The notes beneath the pieces were generated by a model. That model was given only the letters and a program-made list of their open reading frames with translations, searched no databases and was not told where the DNA came from. A program made the translations under genes and the position numbers. 64,000 nucleotides of DNA from a virus, in the IMG/VR virus record IMGVR_UViG_3300034082_001419, positions 57,495-121,494 of that record; one strand, written 5' to 3'. Below are positions 9,901 to 21,224 of this stretch, in pieces. The first letter of the stretch is position 1, and every line of letters starts with the position of its first letter.

Positions 9901-9931
9901 AAAAAAAGTATACCAGCATTACTGGTATACT
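9901..9931 (-). terminator. Intrinsic terminator
   Basis: agtataccag/ctggtatact stem plus A7 tract. Confidence 0.7.
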
Positions 9932-9941
9932 CTAGAGTTAT

Positions 9942-10952
9942 TTACATATTCCACAGTTTTTCAACTTGTGTGTTTAAATCTTTTAATACATCCTCATTTA
10001 AAGGACTTTTCAAAAACTCAATTACATCTGATACATTTCTACCAAGTAAGCTATTAGACTTAGCATGATAAATATAACCATCTGCCTTATTTATAATATA
10101 CTTAAAAAATATGGAATCTTTAACAATTGCTTTGATTTTTAATGACTCCATGTCTAAAGCAGCAGCTTCTAAGAAACCTTTTGCAGCTCTTTCTTTATTA
10201 CCTTCTGTACCTTCACCATTAATGTGTCTATCCATATTGTCATAGATAACATCATTAGGTGTATGTTTTTTATACTGTATACTTGCAGTATCAACAGACT
10301 TAGCAATGTAGAATAACTTAGTACTATTTTTATCAAATAGTTTTTGTAATTCAGCAAGTGCTTTATTTTTAAGTTTTTTGTATTCAGTTTTAATACCACT
10401 TGTCTCAGTTACTTTATCTAAGTAAAATTTTGGCGGTACTGCTTTTGATCTTGCATCATCATAACTTCTTGATATAAGTGAGAATCCACCAGCTTCAACA
10501 GCATATAGTTTTATTCTATCATATGGATTTGCAGGATCTAGAAATACTGGATCATTACCACATGACATTGTTATCTTATTCCAGAAATCTTTGTTATCTG
10601 GTTTAAGCAATTTTACCTCATTCCAGAATGTTGGACTCTCTACATCCAATACATTAGCTGCTAGTTCTTTCTCTAGTTCAGCAACGGCAATTCTGATTTC
10701 TCTTGATTTTGCAGCTTTCTCTTCTGCAGGTAATAATCTGATCTCAGGAGCAAACTCATTTAATCCTGTTACATATCTTACTACTCCATTTTGCTCTAAA
10801 CAAGCAAGTTGCTCATAATGTTTTACACCATCAAATAATGATTGGCCATAATGTTCTAATCCCATGTTTGACATTGAATTGTCAAAGTAAGGTTTGATTG
10901 AGATCTTGTTACTCTTGTTTGTGTTAAATACTTCTACGTGTGTAAAGTCCAT
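9942..10952 (-). CDS. Conserved capsid-module protein (crAss gene-75-like)
   Basis: Immediately downstream of MCP, as in crAss-like gene order. Confidence 0.5.
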   Translation of the reverse strand: MDFTHVEVFNTNKSNKISIKPYFDNSMSNMGLEHYGQSLFDGVKHYEQLACLEQNGVVRYVTGLNEFAPEIRLLPAEEKAAKSREIRIAVAELEKELAANVLDVESPTFWNEVKLLKPDNKDFWNKITMSCGNDPVFLDPANPYDRIKLYAVEAGGFSLISRSYDDARSKAVPPKFYLDKVTETSGIKTEYKKLKNKALAELQKLFDKNSTKLFYIAKSVDTASIQYKKHTPNDVIYDNMDRHINGEGTEGNKERAAKGFLEAAALDMESLKIKAIVKDSIFFKYIINKADGYIYHAKSNSLLGRNVSDVIEFLKSPLNEDVLKDLNTQVEKLWNM

Positions 10953-10991
10953 TTTGTGTTGGTTTTAAAATGTTTATAATTGTAAATATAT

Positions 10992-11025
10992 AAAAAAAGG
11001 AGGAGAATTAACCCCTCCTTTTTTT
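10992..11025 (-). terminator. Intrinsic terminator after major capsid gene
   Basis: aaaaaaaggagg...cctccttttttt symmetric hairpin. Confidence 0.8.
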
Positions 11026-11042
11026 ATTTCTAGTTTGACATA

Positions 11043-12659
11043 TTAGAATGATCCACCAGTGATAGGATTTCTCATAACAATTTTCAATACTTTAGTTGGA
11101 TCTTTAACCCAAATAGCTGGCATTGTTTGAGACATCATTACACGGTAACCGTTGAATTGTCCAGAAGATTGGAATCCTTGAGATCTACCCATGTAATCCA
11201 TTGTTCCATTTTGGTACCACCATTTCAATTGATTATCCCAAGATAATTTCAACATGTAAATGTTGTCATTAGTATTATCTGTGATATCAAAGATAATGAA
11301 TGAGTAAGAAGATAATGGGAAACCATCAATGATTGGGTTCTCAATATCATTAGTGTGAACATTATCAAATGCAGGATTCAATACAAATTTCACATTAGCC
11401 AAGAATGGTATAACGTAAGAAGTGTAAGAGAAACCAAAGTTTAAGTCCATACCTTTACCAGTGATAGCACCGATATCAGCAGCTTGAATCAATAAACCTG
11501 AAGAAATAGCTTCTTGTTTAATTGCTTCATTAACCATTCTCATACCACCCATACCTGTTTGAACAACAAGTTGACGTTTAGGATCTGGTCCTTGGAACTC
11601 AACCTTACCATTGAAGAAGTTATATAACTCTCCTCTGAATAAATCTAAGTTGAAGTTGTTTTTGTTGTAGATACGTTTGAAAGAGTTATCTAACTGTTTC
11701 CACAAACCTACTGATAATCTTACATCATCTGGTCCGTCTTGACGTACTCTACCCCCGTGACCCCACATAAGGTAAGTCTCAATATCAGAAGCAATCTTAG
11801 TTAAGTGAGCAGCCTCCATGTTAGTTAAGAAAGTTCTTGATAAATCACCATTATCAAATGCTTTTTTAACTGAGTCTTTACCCATTACTTTAACCATATC
11901 ATCCAAAGATGAAATAGATGGATCTAATCCTTTCAAGTGAGATCTCCAGATTTCAGTTACAGGAACTGTACCATCTGCATTCATACCACCTTTGATCATT
12001 AAATCTGCTCTAGAAGAGATAGAGTAATGAACGTGAGCTTCAGCACCACCAACAAAGTTATAGTATTCACGGAATCCTGTGTTAGTTTGGATGTCTGAGA
12101 ATCTCTCACCATACTCACCTCTAGCAGAACCTTTACGGAATACTTTAGTACCATTAGCTAAATAAGCATTATCAATGTACTTGTAGTTATCATTGTTAAC
12201 TAACTGAACTGTATAGATAAATCCATCACCAATTGGTAAGATATCATCTGCAGTAATGTACATCTCAACTCCATTGTATTTGTCATAGGTAATAATATCA
12301 CCATGTCCAAATTCTCTTTTGTTAAGTTTGATTTTGAAAGTTGTACCTTCAATACCTTTAGCTGAGTTGTTAGGCTCAATATCTTCTACTATGTAAGGAA
12401 GATCAATTGATACCGGAGTTTGCCATTTGTACTCACCTCTTGCGTTATCTACATTGATAACATTTTTTCCACCAAAAGAAGACAACTGGTATAAAGGCAT
12501 TTCAACTTTTTGAGCCATAGCCCATAAGTCTACTGGACCTAAATCCATTGGTTCTGCATCTTTTAGCATGTTTTGTAAATGGTAAGAATCAACATGTGAA
12601 CTAGCATTGTATGCCGTATCACGTAGGAAAATACCATTATTTAATACTGGAGTTGCCAT
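11043..12659 (-). CDS. Major capsid protein (crAss-like)
   Basis: 538 aa; terminase-portal-scaffold-MCP synteny; followed by a strong terminator. Confidence 0.85.
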   Translation of the reverse strand: MATPVLNNGIFLRDTAYNASSHVDSYHLQNMLKDAEPMDLGPVDLWAMAQKVEMPLYQLSSFGGKNVINVDNARGEYKWQTPVSIDLPYIVEDIEPNNSAKGIEGTTFKIKLNKREFGHGDIITYDKYNGVEMYITADDILPIGDGFIYTVQLVNNDNYKYIDNAYLANGTKVFRKGSARGEYGERFSDIQTNTGFREYYNFVGGAEAHVHYSISSRADLMIKGGMNADGTVPVTEIWRSHLKGLDPSISSLDDMVKVMGKDSVKKAFDNGDLSRTFLTNMEAAHLTKIASDIETYLMWGHGGRVRQDGPDDVRLSVGLWKQLDNSFKRIYNKNNFNLDLFRGELYNFFNGKVEFQGPDPKRQLVVQTGMGGMRMVNEAIKQEAISSGLLIQAADIGAITGKGMDLNFGFSYTSYVIPFLANVKFVLNPAFDNVHTNDIENPIIDGFPLSSYSFIIFDITDNTNDNIYMLKLSWDNQLKWWYQNGTMDYMGRSQGFQSSGQFNGYRVMMSQTMPAIWVKDPTKVLKIVMRNPITGGSF

Positions 12660-12691
12660 TTTTACTTATTTATTTATTTATATTATTTATT

Positions 12692-13948
12692 TTAAAATCT
12701 TTTAAACATATTATTTCCAGGTGTTCTAGAAATTGTATTGTTGTTTGAAGTTGTTTTTCTACTAGCAGGTTTTTCATCTACTGTATTTGAAGAAGATATT
12801 TTCTTAGCTTCTTCAGTCTTCAACATTCTAACAGTTTTTTCAGTTGCTGCCTTAGTACCTTGGTCTTTGATCTTAGCTCTGTATCCTTCTGGATCAGCTA
12901 ATAACCATAATGCCTCAGCAATAAGATCATGTCTTGGTTCTACAAACTGGTACTTCTCTAATAGGTGACCTAACATATTTGTTGGTTTACCTGATATTGA
13001 AGGATAGTTTGGTTGAACTAATCCACTGTATAACATGTTCTGTGTTTTTTTATCAAGTTTAACACCGTCAAGTTCTCCTACTGATAATACATTATATACA
13101 TTATCTGTATATTGTTTAGCAGCTTGAACTTGTTGTTCTTTTTTAGTTTCCTGTTCAGCAAGTTTTCTAGATACTATCTCTTCTTGCATTCTATCCAACT
13201 TAGGTTTAAACTGTCTAGCTTTTTGTCCTAACTTGTCTACATCTGCCCAGTCCTCAATTTCTGACTCTATTTCCTCTGGTGTACCAAAGTTAGTAGCGTA
13301 TAAGTATTGTCTTGCAATTTCTGCTTGGTGATTCTCATCATCAGCATCTAATTCAAATACTTCTTCTACTTGAGCAAGTGTTCTAAATAAACCTTTTAAA
13401 TCTTGTCCACCATCTGCTACATATTTAGCTGCAGTTTTCAATTCATCAGGTAAAGCATTAAAAAAGTCTTTAGGTGCATCTTCTTTTATCTTTCTTTCTT
13501 TCTCTTGAAAGTTAGCTTCAAATAACTCTCTAAAATCTTTAGTAGTATACTCTTCTAAATCTTTATCATCATCAAAGCCAAAAAGAGTACCTTCTTCAAT
13601 CATCTTAGTTGCTAACTCATATAAACCTGACTTATCTACTTTAGGTCTACCTTTGTTACCTGCTTCTTCTTCCTGAGAAATAAGTCCATCCAATTCATCA
13701 ATTGTTTCTTGGACTTCTTCCTTAGTAATGATTTGCTCTGCTGTATCTGGTTTACTTGTTATACCAGTTTTACTGTCAAGGAACTCATAATCAGTTTTTG
13801 CATCTTTAGAAAAAAGAGATTTTTTCTCTTCTTCATTTTCTGGTAGCATCACGTTATCCGCACCAGGCATTCCAAATAATTCATCCAAGTTTACATCTAC
13901 CTGTGAAATGGTAGTGTTATCTTGTGTTGTTTGCTCATCAGTATTCAT
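12692..13948 (-). CDS. Acidic scaffolding-like protein (crAss gene-77 position)
   Basis: Asp/Glu-rich and helical; lies between portal and MCP. Confidence 0.65.
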   Translation of the reverse strand: MNTDEQTTQDNTTISQVDVNLDELFGMPGADNVMLPENEEEKKSLFSKDAKTDYEFLDSKTGITSKPDTAEQIITKEEVQETIDELDGLISQEEEAGNKGRPKVDKSGLYELATKMIEEGTLFGFDDDKDLEEYTTKDFRELFEANFQEKERKIKEDAPKDFFNALPDELKTAAKYVADGGQDLKGLFRTLAQVEEVFELDADDENHQAEIARQYLYATNFGTPEEIESEIEDWADVDKLGQKARQFKPKLDRMQEEIVSRKLAEQETKKEQQVQAAKQYTDNVYNVLSVGELDGVKLDKKTQNMLYSGLVQPNYPSISGKPTNMLGHLLEKYQFVEPRHDLIAEALWLLADPEGYRAKIKDQGTKAATEKTVRMLKTEEAKKISSSNTVDEKPASRKTTSNNNTISRTPGNNMFKRF

Positions 13949-14061
13949 ATGTTGGTCTTTATGTTACTATAAATAATATAACTATTTTTTTACAAATAAA
14001 CTTCTAAAATTTAAAATAGACTATTTTTATTTTTTCATTTTTGGCATTATATAGCTAAATC

Positions 14062-16815
14062 TTATTTCTTCTTATTATCTGTTTTACTTTTTGTATCAAA
14101 CTTGTTCTTATTTTCTCTAGCAATCTGTAATTGTTTATCTGCTATAGACTGTTGAACTTGTAGTTTTTCTCTTTCAAGTTGATTCTTTTGACCATCTGCA
14201 GACATACGGTTAGACTCTTTTTGTCTTTCTAAACTCATTTGACTAGTAAATTGTTCAGACTTTTGTATATCTCTCATACTATCAGTAAAGTCTGACATTT
14301 GATTTTGATTAATATCTTGAGTAGCACCAAATCCTGCAGCTCTAATTTCAGCAACAAGTATATCTCTTTGTCTATCTTTCTCTGCTCTCATATCTGCACC
14401 CTCAGCTTTAAGTTTTTCTTCTTGAGCTTTAGCCTGTAATGCTTGATCTTGCATTTGTTGTTGATGTTGCATTTCTTGATCTTTCTGAGCTTTAATTTTA
14501 GCTTCAGAATCTTTAAGCACTGTATTTAACTCAGCAATACTTTCTGATTGTACTAATTTACCTAAGTCATATATTGATGCACCAGTAGTATTATTGTTTA
14601 ATGCCATACCTTTTAACTGCTCAAGTACTGCTCTATAGTTTGCTTTAGTTGTAGCAAATATATTCAAGTCTCTCATAAGTAAATCTGTTCCATTAATCTG
14701 GAAGTTTACTTTCTCATCTGCTGCTGTAACATAAGTTAATCTTGCAGAAGGTTTTGTTGAGTGATAGAATTGAGCTAAGTCAGTTCTCATTTGATGTACT
14801 CTTGGCATTAAGTAATCAGAGTGTTGCATAAAGTACATTTCAGTCTGTGCATATGATGCTCCTACTGCTTGTTCAACGCCTGTTGCAGTTTGTTGAGAAA
14901 GTTGTTGACCCATTCTTTGTGGATTAATACCTATAACTTCATATGCTTGTTGTTTCATATATGTAGCTAACTGTATTCTTGACATTAACCTTGATGTTTG
15001 TTCAAGGTCTAATTTTTGAAAGTGCTGAAAGTTTAATGCATTCTCTGTATTAGTTATAGATGTATCTAATGGTAACATCTGGAAGTTCTTCATAGCTACA
15101 TAAGCTTTAGCTAAGTTGTTCTTACCCCAGTCTTCACCCATTGAGTGTCTTGGTAATGCATTCTGATCTAGTAGTATTACTGTACCTAGTTCGTCAACAA
15201 GGATATCCGCTATTTGATTGTTTACTATATTGTATCCTATCTGAAATGGTTTCATTAAATCAATCAATGCTGTAGACTTAGTATTTCTATCTGAGAATAC
15301 TGCACCCTCTACTGGTAACTTACAACCATATATAGAGTTATCTCCTTTAAATTGAAATCTTAATGGACCTATGTTTTGTTTATCTATACCAATATATAGT
15401 GGCGTAAATCCACCTGGATTATTCATACCCCAGAATGATGGAATATTTGGTCCAACTTTTATACCTCCCCATACTTCATTAATCCATATCCAATCAATGT
15501 GCTCTCCATATACTAAATTGTCTTTAGTCTTGTTCTTGAAGAGTCTTGTATCATATATTGGATTATCAGTTACTTTATAGTCTTCAGTTACTATTTCAGT
15601 TATTACTTCACCTGAGTCAGTAATTTTAGTTAAGTGACCTACTTTTCTTTGAGATTTCCAGTATCCTGTAGTTACTCTCAATAAGTATGCAGTACCTTGG
15701 TCATAATAATCTTCACCTTCTCTTAAAATATAATTGATTATATCTCCACTGTTAAAGATATTATTAGCTGCAGCTGTAGAGTATTGACGCATACCTAATG
15801 AAGGCATATTAGTATTCCAGTCATGAGACTTAGTAGCATCATAAAAAGATCCGTCATTCTGTACACCACCAATATTATATCCTGCAGATCTAATTGGATA
15901 GATAGCTTCTAATGATGCCATCTGATCCTCATTCATCATATACCCATACTTATCAATAACATCAGCTACTGTTAGCATGTCTGTTTTACCAACCCAGTTA
16001 GATTGAGATATATATCTAGCATCAGGAGATTTGTGATAGAATGTAAGTACAGGATTCCATAATTCAACATCATAATCATCTTCCATCATACGCATATGCC
16101 AGAACTCTCTATCTGTAATAAGCATATCTCTGAATCCTCTTTCTTCTAACTCATCCATTCTAAATCTTTCAACATCAACTTCATGTTGGTGAGTAGCCCA
16201 CTGTTCAACCATTGATCTGTAATCCTTTTTAAAGAATTGTTCAATCTCAGGTAATGATTTAAGTTTATCAGGATTTAATTGTTGTTGTGCTTCTTCAGAT
16301 TCAGGATCAAGACCTTGTTCTACCATTGCTGCAATAATCTTCATGCTTGCATCAGACATAAGCACATCTTCTACCATTTGTCTTTTTTGCTCCATCATCT
16401 CATTATAAGATCCTTCATCAACTGCACGGTATGATAACTTACTTGATCTTTTAGCAAACTCAGCTACAAGAACATTAATAACATTTGGGATGATAGGATA
16501 AAACTTTAACTCAAGTGCAGATGCATCTTCTTTAGTAAGAGTTTCAATTATATCTCTATAATCATTATCTTCTTCAACTATATAATCAGATTTATCTATA
16601 ACACCTTTTGCTAATTTGTAGTTCTTCATTAACCTACGGGCATTTCTTTTAATCTGTTTAAGACCATTCCACTCTAACCAGTCAAGATTCCAAGCAGCCC
16701 ACTTATCATCCTTTTCTTTTTTAGGTATAAATTGTAAAGGTTGAGTTATACTACCTAATCTATTGTGTTCTGTTTTGGCACCCTTTTTTAATTGTAAACT
16801 GTTATATACTTGCAT
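14062..16815 (-). CDS. Portal protein
   Basis: 917 aa; YPIIPNVINVLVAE and SxIDLMKPFQ motifs; Q-rich coiled-coil C-terminus; follows terminase. Confidence 0.85.
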   Translation of the reverse strand: MQVYNSLQLKKGAKTEHNRLGSITQPLQFIPKKEKDDKWAAWNLDWLEWNGLKQIKRNARRLMKNYKLAKGVIDKSDYIVEEDNDYRDIIETLTKEDASALELKFYPIIPNVINVLVAEFAKRSSKLSYRAVDEGSYNEMMEQKRQMVEDVLMSDASMKIIAAMVEQGLDPESEEAQQQLNPDKLKSLPEIEQFFKKDYRSMVEQWATHQHEVDVERFRMDELEERGFRDMLITDREFWHMRMMEDDYDVELWNPVLTFYHKSPDARYISQSNWVGKTDMLTVADVIDKYGYMMNEDQMASLEAIYPIRSAGYNIGGVQNDGSFYDATKSHDWNTNMPSLGMRQYSTAAANNIFNSGDIINYILREGEDYYDQGTAYLLRVTTGYWKSQRKVGHLTKITDSGEVITEIVTEDYKVTDNPIYDTRLFKNKTKDNLVYGEHIDWIWINEVWGGIKVGPNIPSFWGMNNPGGFTPLYIGIDKQNIGPLRFQFKGDNSIYGCKLPVEGAVFSDRNTKSTALIDLMKPFQIGYNIVNNQIADILVDELGTVILLDQNALPRHSMGEDWGKNNLAKAYVAMKNFQMLPLDTSITNTENALNFQHFQKLDLEQTSRLMSRIQLATYMKQQAYEVIGINPQRMGQQLSQQTATGVEQAVGASYAQTEMYFMQHSDYLMPRVHQMRTDLAQFYHSTKPSARLTYVTAADEKVNFQINGTDLLMRDLNIFATTKANYRAVLEQLKGMALNNNTTGASIYDLGKLVQSESIAELNTVLKDSEAKIKAQKDQEMQHQQQMQDQALQAKAQEEKLKAEGADMRAEKDRQRDILVAEIRAAGFGATQDINQNQMSDFTDSMRDIQKSEQFTSQMSLERQKESNRMSADGQKNQLEREKLQVQQSIADKQLQIARENKNKFDTKSKTDNKKK

Positions 16816-16821
16816 ATCTTT

Positions 16822-19026
16822 TTATTTTAAATTTTTAAATGGTGACCTGTTTAATTTTTTATTTTCACCCAATCCACTTCTACCCATATGTCTAAAAGGA
16901 CTACTCTTTAAGGTATATAAATTTTTTTGATTTTCCAACTTTTTACTTGCATCATCCATCACTACTCTTTTAGCATAACCTATATTTGCTTGCTGTATTT
17001 TAACAAAAGATACCAGTGCAGCAAAAGCTACAAGTCTATCCACGTTGACACCATCCTGATAAGCTTGCATTTCTTTAAGTAACATGATGTCTGGTATACG
17101 TTCAACACCATAGTTTATCTTTACTGTAGTACCATCATCTTTTTGTATATGATCTATTTCTTCTGTAAGATAGTCAATAGTATAACTAATCATGTGATTT
17201 TTAAATAATGTTCCCGTATTTCTCCAACCATACTCCTGGAATACGTTAGCATTTGCACCTACATCTTTTAAAAATACTATCTGATTTCTTGGTACCAAGT
17301 ATCTTTGTTTTTTTCTAGCTAACATATGATTGATAAACTGAGAGATATTATTCTCAACAATTGTAAAGGCATTATACCATTCAATTATAAGTTCAAGTCT
17401 TTCATGTGTTTTATTTATATCATCAAATCTACCACACCAAGCAGCTACAATCTTATCTCTTTCTATAAAAGTCTCTGCTTCACCATTAGTAACTTTAGTC
17501 ACTTCAACCGGTGCTTTCATTACATATATAGAACATAGTGATTCTGAGGTAGTTGTCTTACCCTCTGCAACAGGGTCAATTGATGCATAGTACATTCCAT
17601 ATGTAGGATCAGGTACTGGTCTTTCCCATACTACTAATGTACCTGTTTTATCTTCTGTCTTTTTAGATATAGGAAACTCTGCAATAGGTAATTTACTTGT
17701 ACCTTTTACTTTTACTTTACCTGTTTCATCTCTTGATATATCTAAATATTCTGAAGAGTATTCTTTTTCTTCAATTCTTCTTAATTGTGCATTAACTAAA
17801 TGAGGAGGAAACTTAGATGCTTTTCTAAATGCAAATGCCTCTTCTATATTTCTTGGATGCTGTGATACTTCAAGTTGATAATCTTTAGCTTCCTTATTTT
17901 TCTTTATCTCAGCAAAGTATTCATCAAGTGCAATCAGTGCTTCTTTTACAAGACTATTACCATAGTCATCTATGTATGGAGGCATTGACCATTGTTCAGG
18001 AATAAATAATCCTGATTTACCCCATGTATTTTCTTTATCAATTAGATTAGTCTCTACTGCGTATATATCATTGCTATTAGGATCAAGTATCATTTTCTTT
18101 AATGGCTCACATTGATCCAAATCTCCAACTGATCCTGCTGCTATAAACATACCAGTAGTCATCATCCCTGATTTAAGTGCTGGTTTAATATATCCAAATG
18201 TAGTATCCATCTTAGGAGCAATACCAGCTTCCTCATGAAAGAAGAACTTAACCGGTCCCCCTACACCATTTGTTGGATCTTTCTCAAAAGACATACCTTG
18301 CATAGTACCTTTTAAACCTGCTTCAGTTTTTCTATCTCCTCTTCTGACTTCAATCTTTTGTTGCCACATCATGACCTTGTCTGGAGACATAGGTCTATAC
18401 CATGCCGTGTGCTCATTTAAGAATGCTGCATATTCAGATAAGAATTTCCATGTACCTTTTTCATTAATGTAATCTTTTAGGGAGGCACCCATCTTTAAAG
18501 TAACCCCTGCTTCAAACCATAACTGATTAATAAGCTTACCTGCATGAAAGTATGAAGATGCTATCTGACGTTTTTTAAGAATAGCTACGTGCATGTAGTT
18601 TACTTCTGCAAGTATTTCATACATGGCCATATGATATTGAGCATCTCTGATTTTTGCAAATCCAAAGTTCTGCTCCTCCTTATCAAAGATAGGTAAGAAA
18701 TTTAACCACATGTAATAATCTCTTGTGAGGAACCAAGTCTTATTACCATTCTTAACAATTACACCTAATCTACACTTAGCTTTTTGATCATCCCAGTAAT
18801 TAATAAAATCCTTAGATTTAAATGGTGCAACACAGTATACCTTGTCTTTATTAAATTTAGTTGACTCAGCATTAAATATCTTATTAGTTACTTCATCAAA
18901 TTCATATAAACCTGGTTCTTTAAATATTGAGAATAAAAAGTCACCAAAATCTTTTCTACTATCAAAAGATGTAGTAGTCCAAGTACCATTATCCCAAGTT
19001 GGTATATCTGAATATATATTTTCCAT
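16822..19026 (-). CDS. Terminase large subunit
   Basis: LKKRQIASSY (Walker A variant), FFHEEAG (Walker B), IDP nuclease motif, IVENN, NVDRL. Confidence 0.9.
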   Translation of the reverse strand: MENIYSDIPTWDNGTWTTTSFDSRKDFGDFLFSIFKEPGLYEFDEVTNKIFNAESTKFNKDKVYCVAPFKSKDFINYWDDQKAKCRLGVIVKNGNKTWFLTRDYYMWLNFLPIFDKEEQNFGFAKIRDAQYHMAMYEILAEVNYMHVAILKKRQIASSYFHAGKLINQLWFEAGVTLKMGASLKDYINEKGTWKFLSEYAAFLNEHTAWYRPMSPDKVMMWQQKIEVRRGDRKTEAGLKGTMQGMSFEKDPTNGVGGPVKFFFHEEAGIAPKMDTTFGYIKPALKSGMMTTGMFIAAGSVGDLDQCEPLKKMILDPNSNDIYAVETNLIDKENTWGKSGLFIPEQWSMPPYIDDYGNSLVKEALIALDEYFAEIKKNKEAKDYQLEVSQHPRNIEEAFAFRKASKFPPHLVNAQLRRIEEKEYSSEYLDISRDETGKVKVKGTSKLPIAEFPISKKTEDKTGTLVVWERPVPDPTYGMYYASIDPVAEGKTTTSESLCSIYVMKAPVEVTKVTNGEAETFIERDKIVAAWCGRFDDINKTHERLELIIEWYNAFTIVENNISQFINHMLARKKQRYLVPRNQIVFLKDVGANANVFQEYGWRNTGTLFKNHMISYTIDYLTEEIDHIQKDDGTTVKINYGVERIPDIMLLKEMQAYQDGVNVDRLVAFAALVSFVKIQQANIGYAKRVVMDDASKKLENQKNLYTLKSSPFRHMGRSGLGENKKLNRSPFKNLK

Positions 19027-19034
19027 ATAATTAA

Positions 19035-19550
19035 TTATTGATCATAAGCCATACCAATTCCTCCTCTTACTTTACTGGATTGCTCATCCTGTAGATCTTT
19101 ATATACACCTTTAAATGAAGCTCTAATCTGATCAAAGTTTTTAGCTGCAGCAACTAATGCATTTATATTACCATCTCTTCCATCAGTAATCTGTGTAGTT
19201 TCCATGTATCTTCCTAATCTATCTATCATAGATGAGATACCTTTGTATGCTCTTGATGTAGCAGTACTGTACATATCTTCACAGAATTTTAAAGCAAGTC
19301 TTATTGCTTGATCCTCTAAAGAGAAATCAGCTTCTATCTCAGATAAAATAATATCCTCTTTATCTATCTCAGGAGTATGAAAGAATGGATTAGAATCAGG
19401 ATTAGGACATGTCATATAGAACAAGTACTGATATATCTTAAGATAGTTATCAGGATACTTATCCATTAAGTTCTTTAAAGTTGATAAAGTGTAACAGTGT
19501 TCTGTTGGTACTACAACACCATTCTGTATATCAAATAGTTTAGTGTACAT
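19035..19550 (-). CDS. Conserved protein upstream of terminase (possible small terminase)
   Basis: Position; helical; ends KVRGG. Confidence 0.4.
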   Translation of the reverse strand: MYTKLFDIQNGVVVPTEHCYTLSTLKNLMDKYPDNYLKIYQYLFYMTCPNPDSNPFFHTPEIDKEDIILSEIEADFSLEDQAIRLALKFCEDMYSTATSRAYKGISSMIDRLGRYMETTQITDGRDGNINALVAAAKNFDQIRASFKGVYKDLQDEQSSKVRGGIGMAYDQ

Positions 19551-19797
19551 TTTTTTCAGTTTTAGATTTAATAAATATTGCTAAAAATTCTTCATATGGA
19601 GTATCTATGCAATATGTAGTACCCATGTCTGTATATAGTACCGTGTATTCTTCAGGTTCACTATCATTATTTACTGATTGTCTTATACTAACAATATAAT
19701 CTAAGTCAATACACGTAGGTACAAACACCAAGTGCTCAGATCCAGTTATTTCATTTAGTCTTGTATTCTCTAATACACCGTTACAAACATGTACCAT
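19540..19797 (-). CDS. Hypothetical protein
   Basis: ORF in tight operon. Confidence 0.6.
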   Translation of the reverse strand: MVHVCNGVLENTRLNEITGSEHLVFVPTCIDLDYIVSIRQSVNNDSEPEEYTVLYTDMGTTYCIDTPYEEFLAIFIKSKTEKNVH

Positions 19798-19798
19798 A

Positions 19799-20605
19799 TT
19801 ATAAATTTTTTAAAATTGCTATTACTTCTTCTTTTAAATAAGGCATCTCCATTGGTATAACTTGTTTAATAACAGGATCACCATTATCATCATACTTAGT
19901 AATTGGGTACCCATATTCATCTTCACCTTCTAAATCAAATGTAACATGATGTATAAACATTTTACCCGGTCTTAACTTTGGATTATGCTTTAACATAATA
20001 TACATATAGATACTTAATTGTAATGCATAGTGATTAAAGTTGCAGTCATCTAAATGTGATACTGGAGCAAGTAGTTTATCACTTATTCCATCCCAGTCTT
20101 TATATGACTGTGTATCAATCTTCTTATTAGTCTTGTAATCAATAATGTTTATTTTATCATTAACTACTTCAACTAAATCTGACTGACCACAAACACCTAC
20201 GGATTTTAAAAATACCATGTGCTCAGGATATACGCCTGGTTCAAGTTTTTGAGAAGGTGCATGCTTTAAATTATTAATTTCAGGTACAGGAGGTATGATA
20301 GGTATTATAACACCATCAACTTCTAATGATGATAAACCACATAAGTCTGCTTCTCTTTGATTATGATAATAAGTACCAAGTGTTGTAGCTCTTAAACCTT
20401 CACTATCCCATATCTTAATTATCTCTTCAGGTTTAATACCATACCATTTAGATTTCTTATTCTTAGAAACCTTTTTAGCTACACCTTCTTTATCAAAGTG
20501 TTTTTTAAACTTAGCTATTAAACTTGTTACACTAGTCCATTTGATTTGTTCTTCACCCTCAATACTAGTATAACTATGATCATCTGCTTTAAATACTATA
20601 CTCAT
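19799..20605 (-). CDS. PD-(D/E)XK nuclease
   Basis: SVT, GTYYH, GQSDL, IIDYKT, YALQLSIY motifs. Confidence 0.8.
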   Translation of the reverse strand: MSIVFKADDHSYTSIEGEEQIKWTSVTSLIAKFKKHFDKEGVAKKVSKNKKSKWYGIKPEEIIKIWDSEGLRATTLGTYYHNQREADLCGLSSLEVDGVIIPIIPPVPEINNLKHAPSQKLEPGVYPEHMVFLKSVGVCGQSDLVEVVNDKINIIDYKTNKKIDTQSYKDWDGISDKLLAPVSHLDDCNFNHYALQLSIYMYIMLKHNPKLRPGKMFIHHVTFDLEGEDEYGYPITKYDDNGDPVIKQVIPMEMPYLKEEVIAILKNL

Positions 20606-20928
20606 GCTGTCTCAAGATTATCAATTATTTCTTTAGCTAATATTACAGATGCTTCATCATTTGACATCAACATCTTTTTTAAATTCTCACACTCTTCTGA
20701 ATCTAGTTTATTCTCAAGTTGAATAATGCGTATACTTTGCTTATACATTTTTAACTCAAGTTTATCTATATATGTTGTAGTACTAATATTACTACCACCC
20801 ATTGCAAATTTAGTTGATGTAGTAGTAAGTGTACTACCTAAATCCATACCATTACTACCCATATGAGTAGGATTAGATACATAAAGACCTTGTGCAGTTG
20901 TTAAATGTGTATTAGTTCCCATACTCAT
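20602..20928 (-). CDS. Hypothetical protein
   Basis: ORF with overlapping start/stop codons. Confidence 0.55.
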   Translation of the reverse strand: MSMGTNTHLTTAQGLYVSNPTHMGSNGMDLGSTLTTTSTKFAMGGSNISTTTYIDKLELKMYKQSIRIIQLENKLDSEECENLKKMLMSNDEASVILAKEIIDNLETA

Positions 20929-21224
20929 AATAAATTAAGTTTATCTTCTTCTTCCTCTGTAAGTACTGCATACCATCTTTTATCTGGACACTCAGCAGAT
21001 AGTGCTCTTAACTTAAATGATAATGAGCATCCACATAAATTACAACATGGTTGTGTACCTGGTACAACACATGATGATCCCTCATCATCTTTTCTCACAC
21101 ATGCATTGCATATCTCTCTTCTTTGTGCAGCTACTTCCTCTACAAATTTATCTCTTATTAGGGCATTCTTTACACCCTCCATGATTTGCTTTCTATTCTT
21201 CCAAATCTTTCCCAGCTTTCCCAT
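20925..21224 (-). CDS. Zn-binding protein (DUF6171-like)
   Basis: RxxICxxC...CxxCGC...CPxxxW. Confidence 0.7.
   Translation of the reverse strand: MGKLGKIWKNRKQIMEGVKNALIRDKFVEEVAAQRREICNACVRKDDEGSSCVVPGTQPCCNLCGCSLSFKLRALSAECPDKRWYAVLTEEEEDKLNLL

Noticed and set aside
19799-20605. Cas4 / CRISPR adaptation role
   Set aside because: Lacks the four-Cys Fe-S cluster pattern; no array nearby; generic PD-(D/E)XK nuclease
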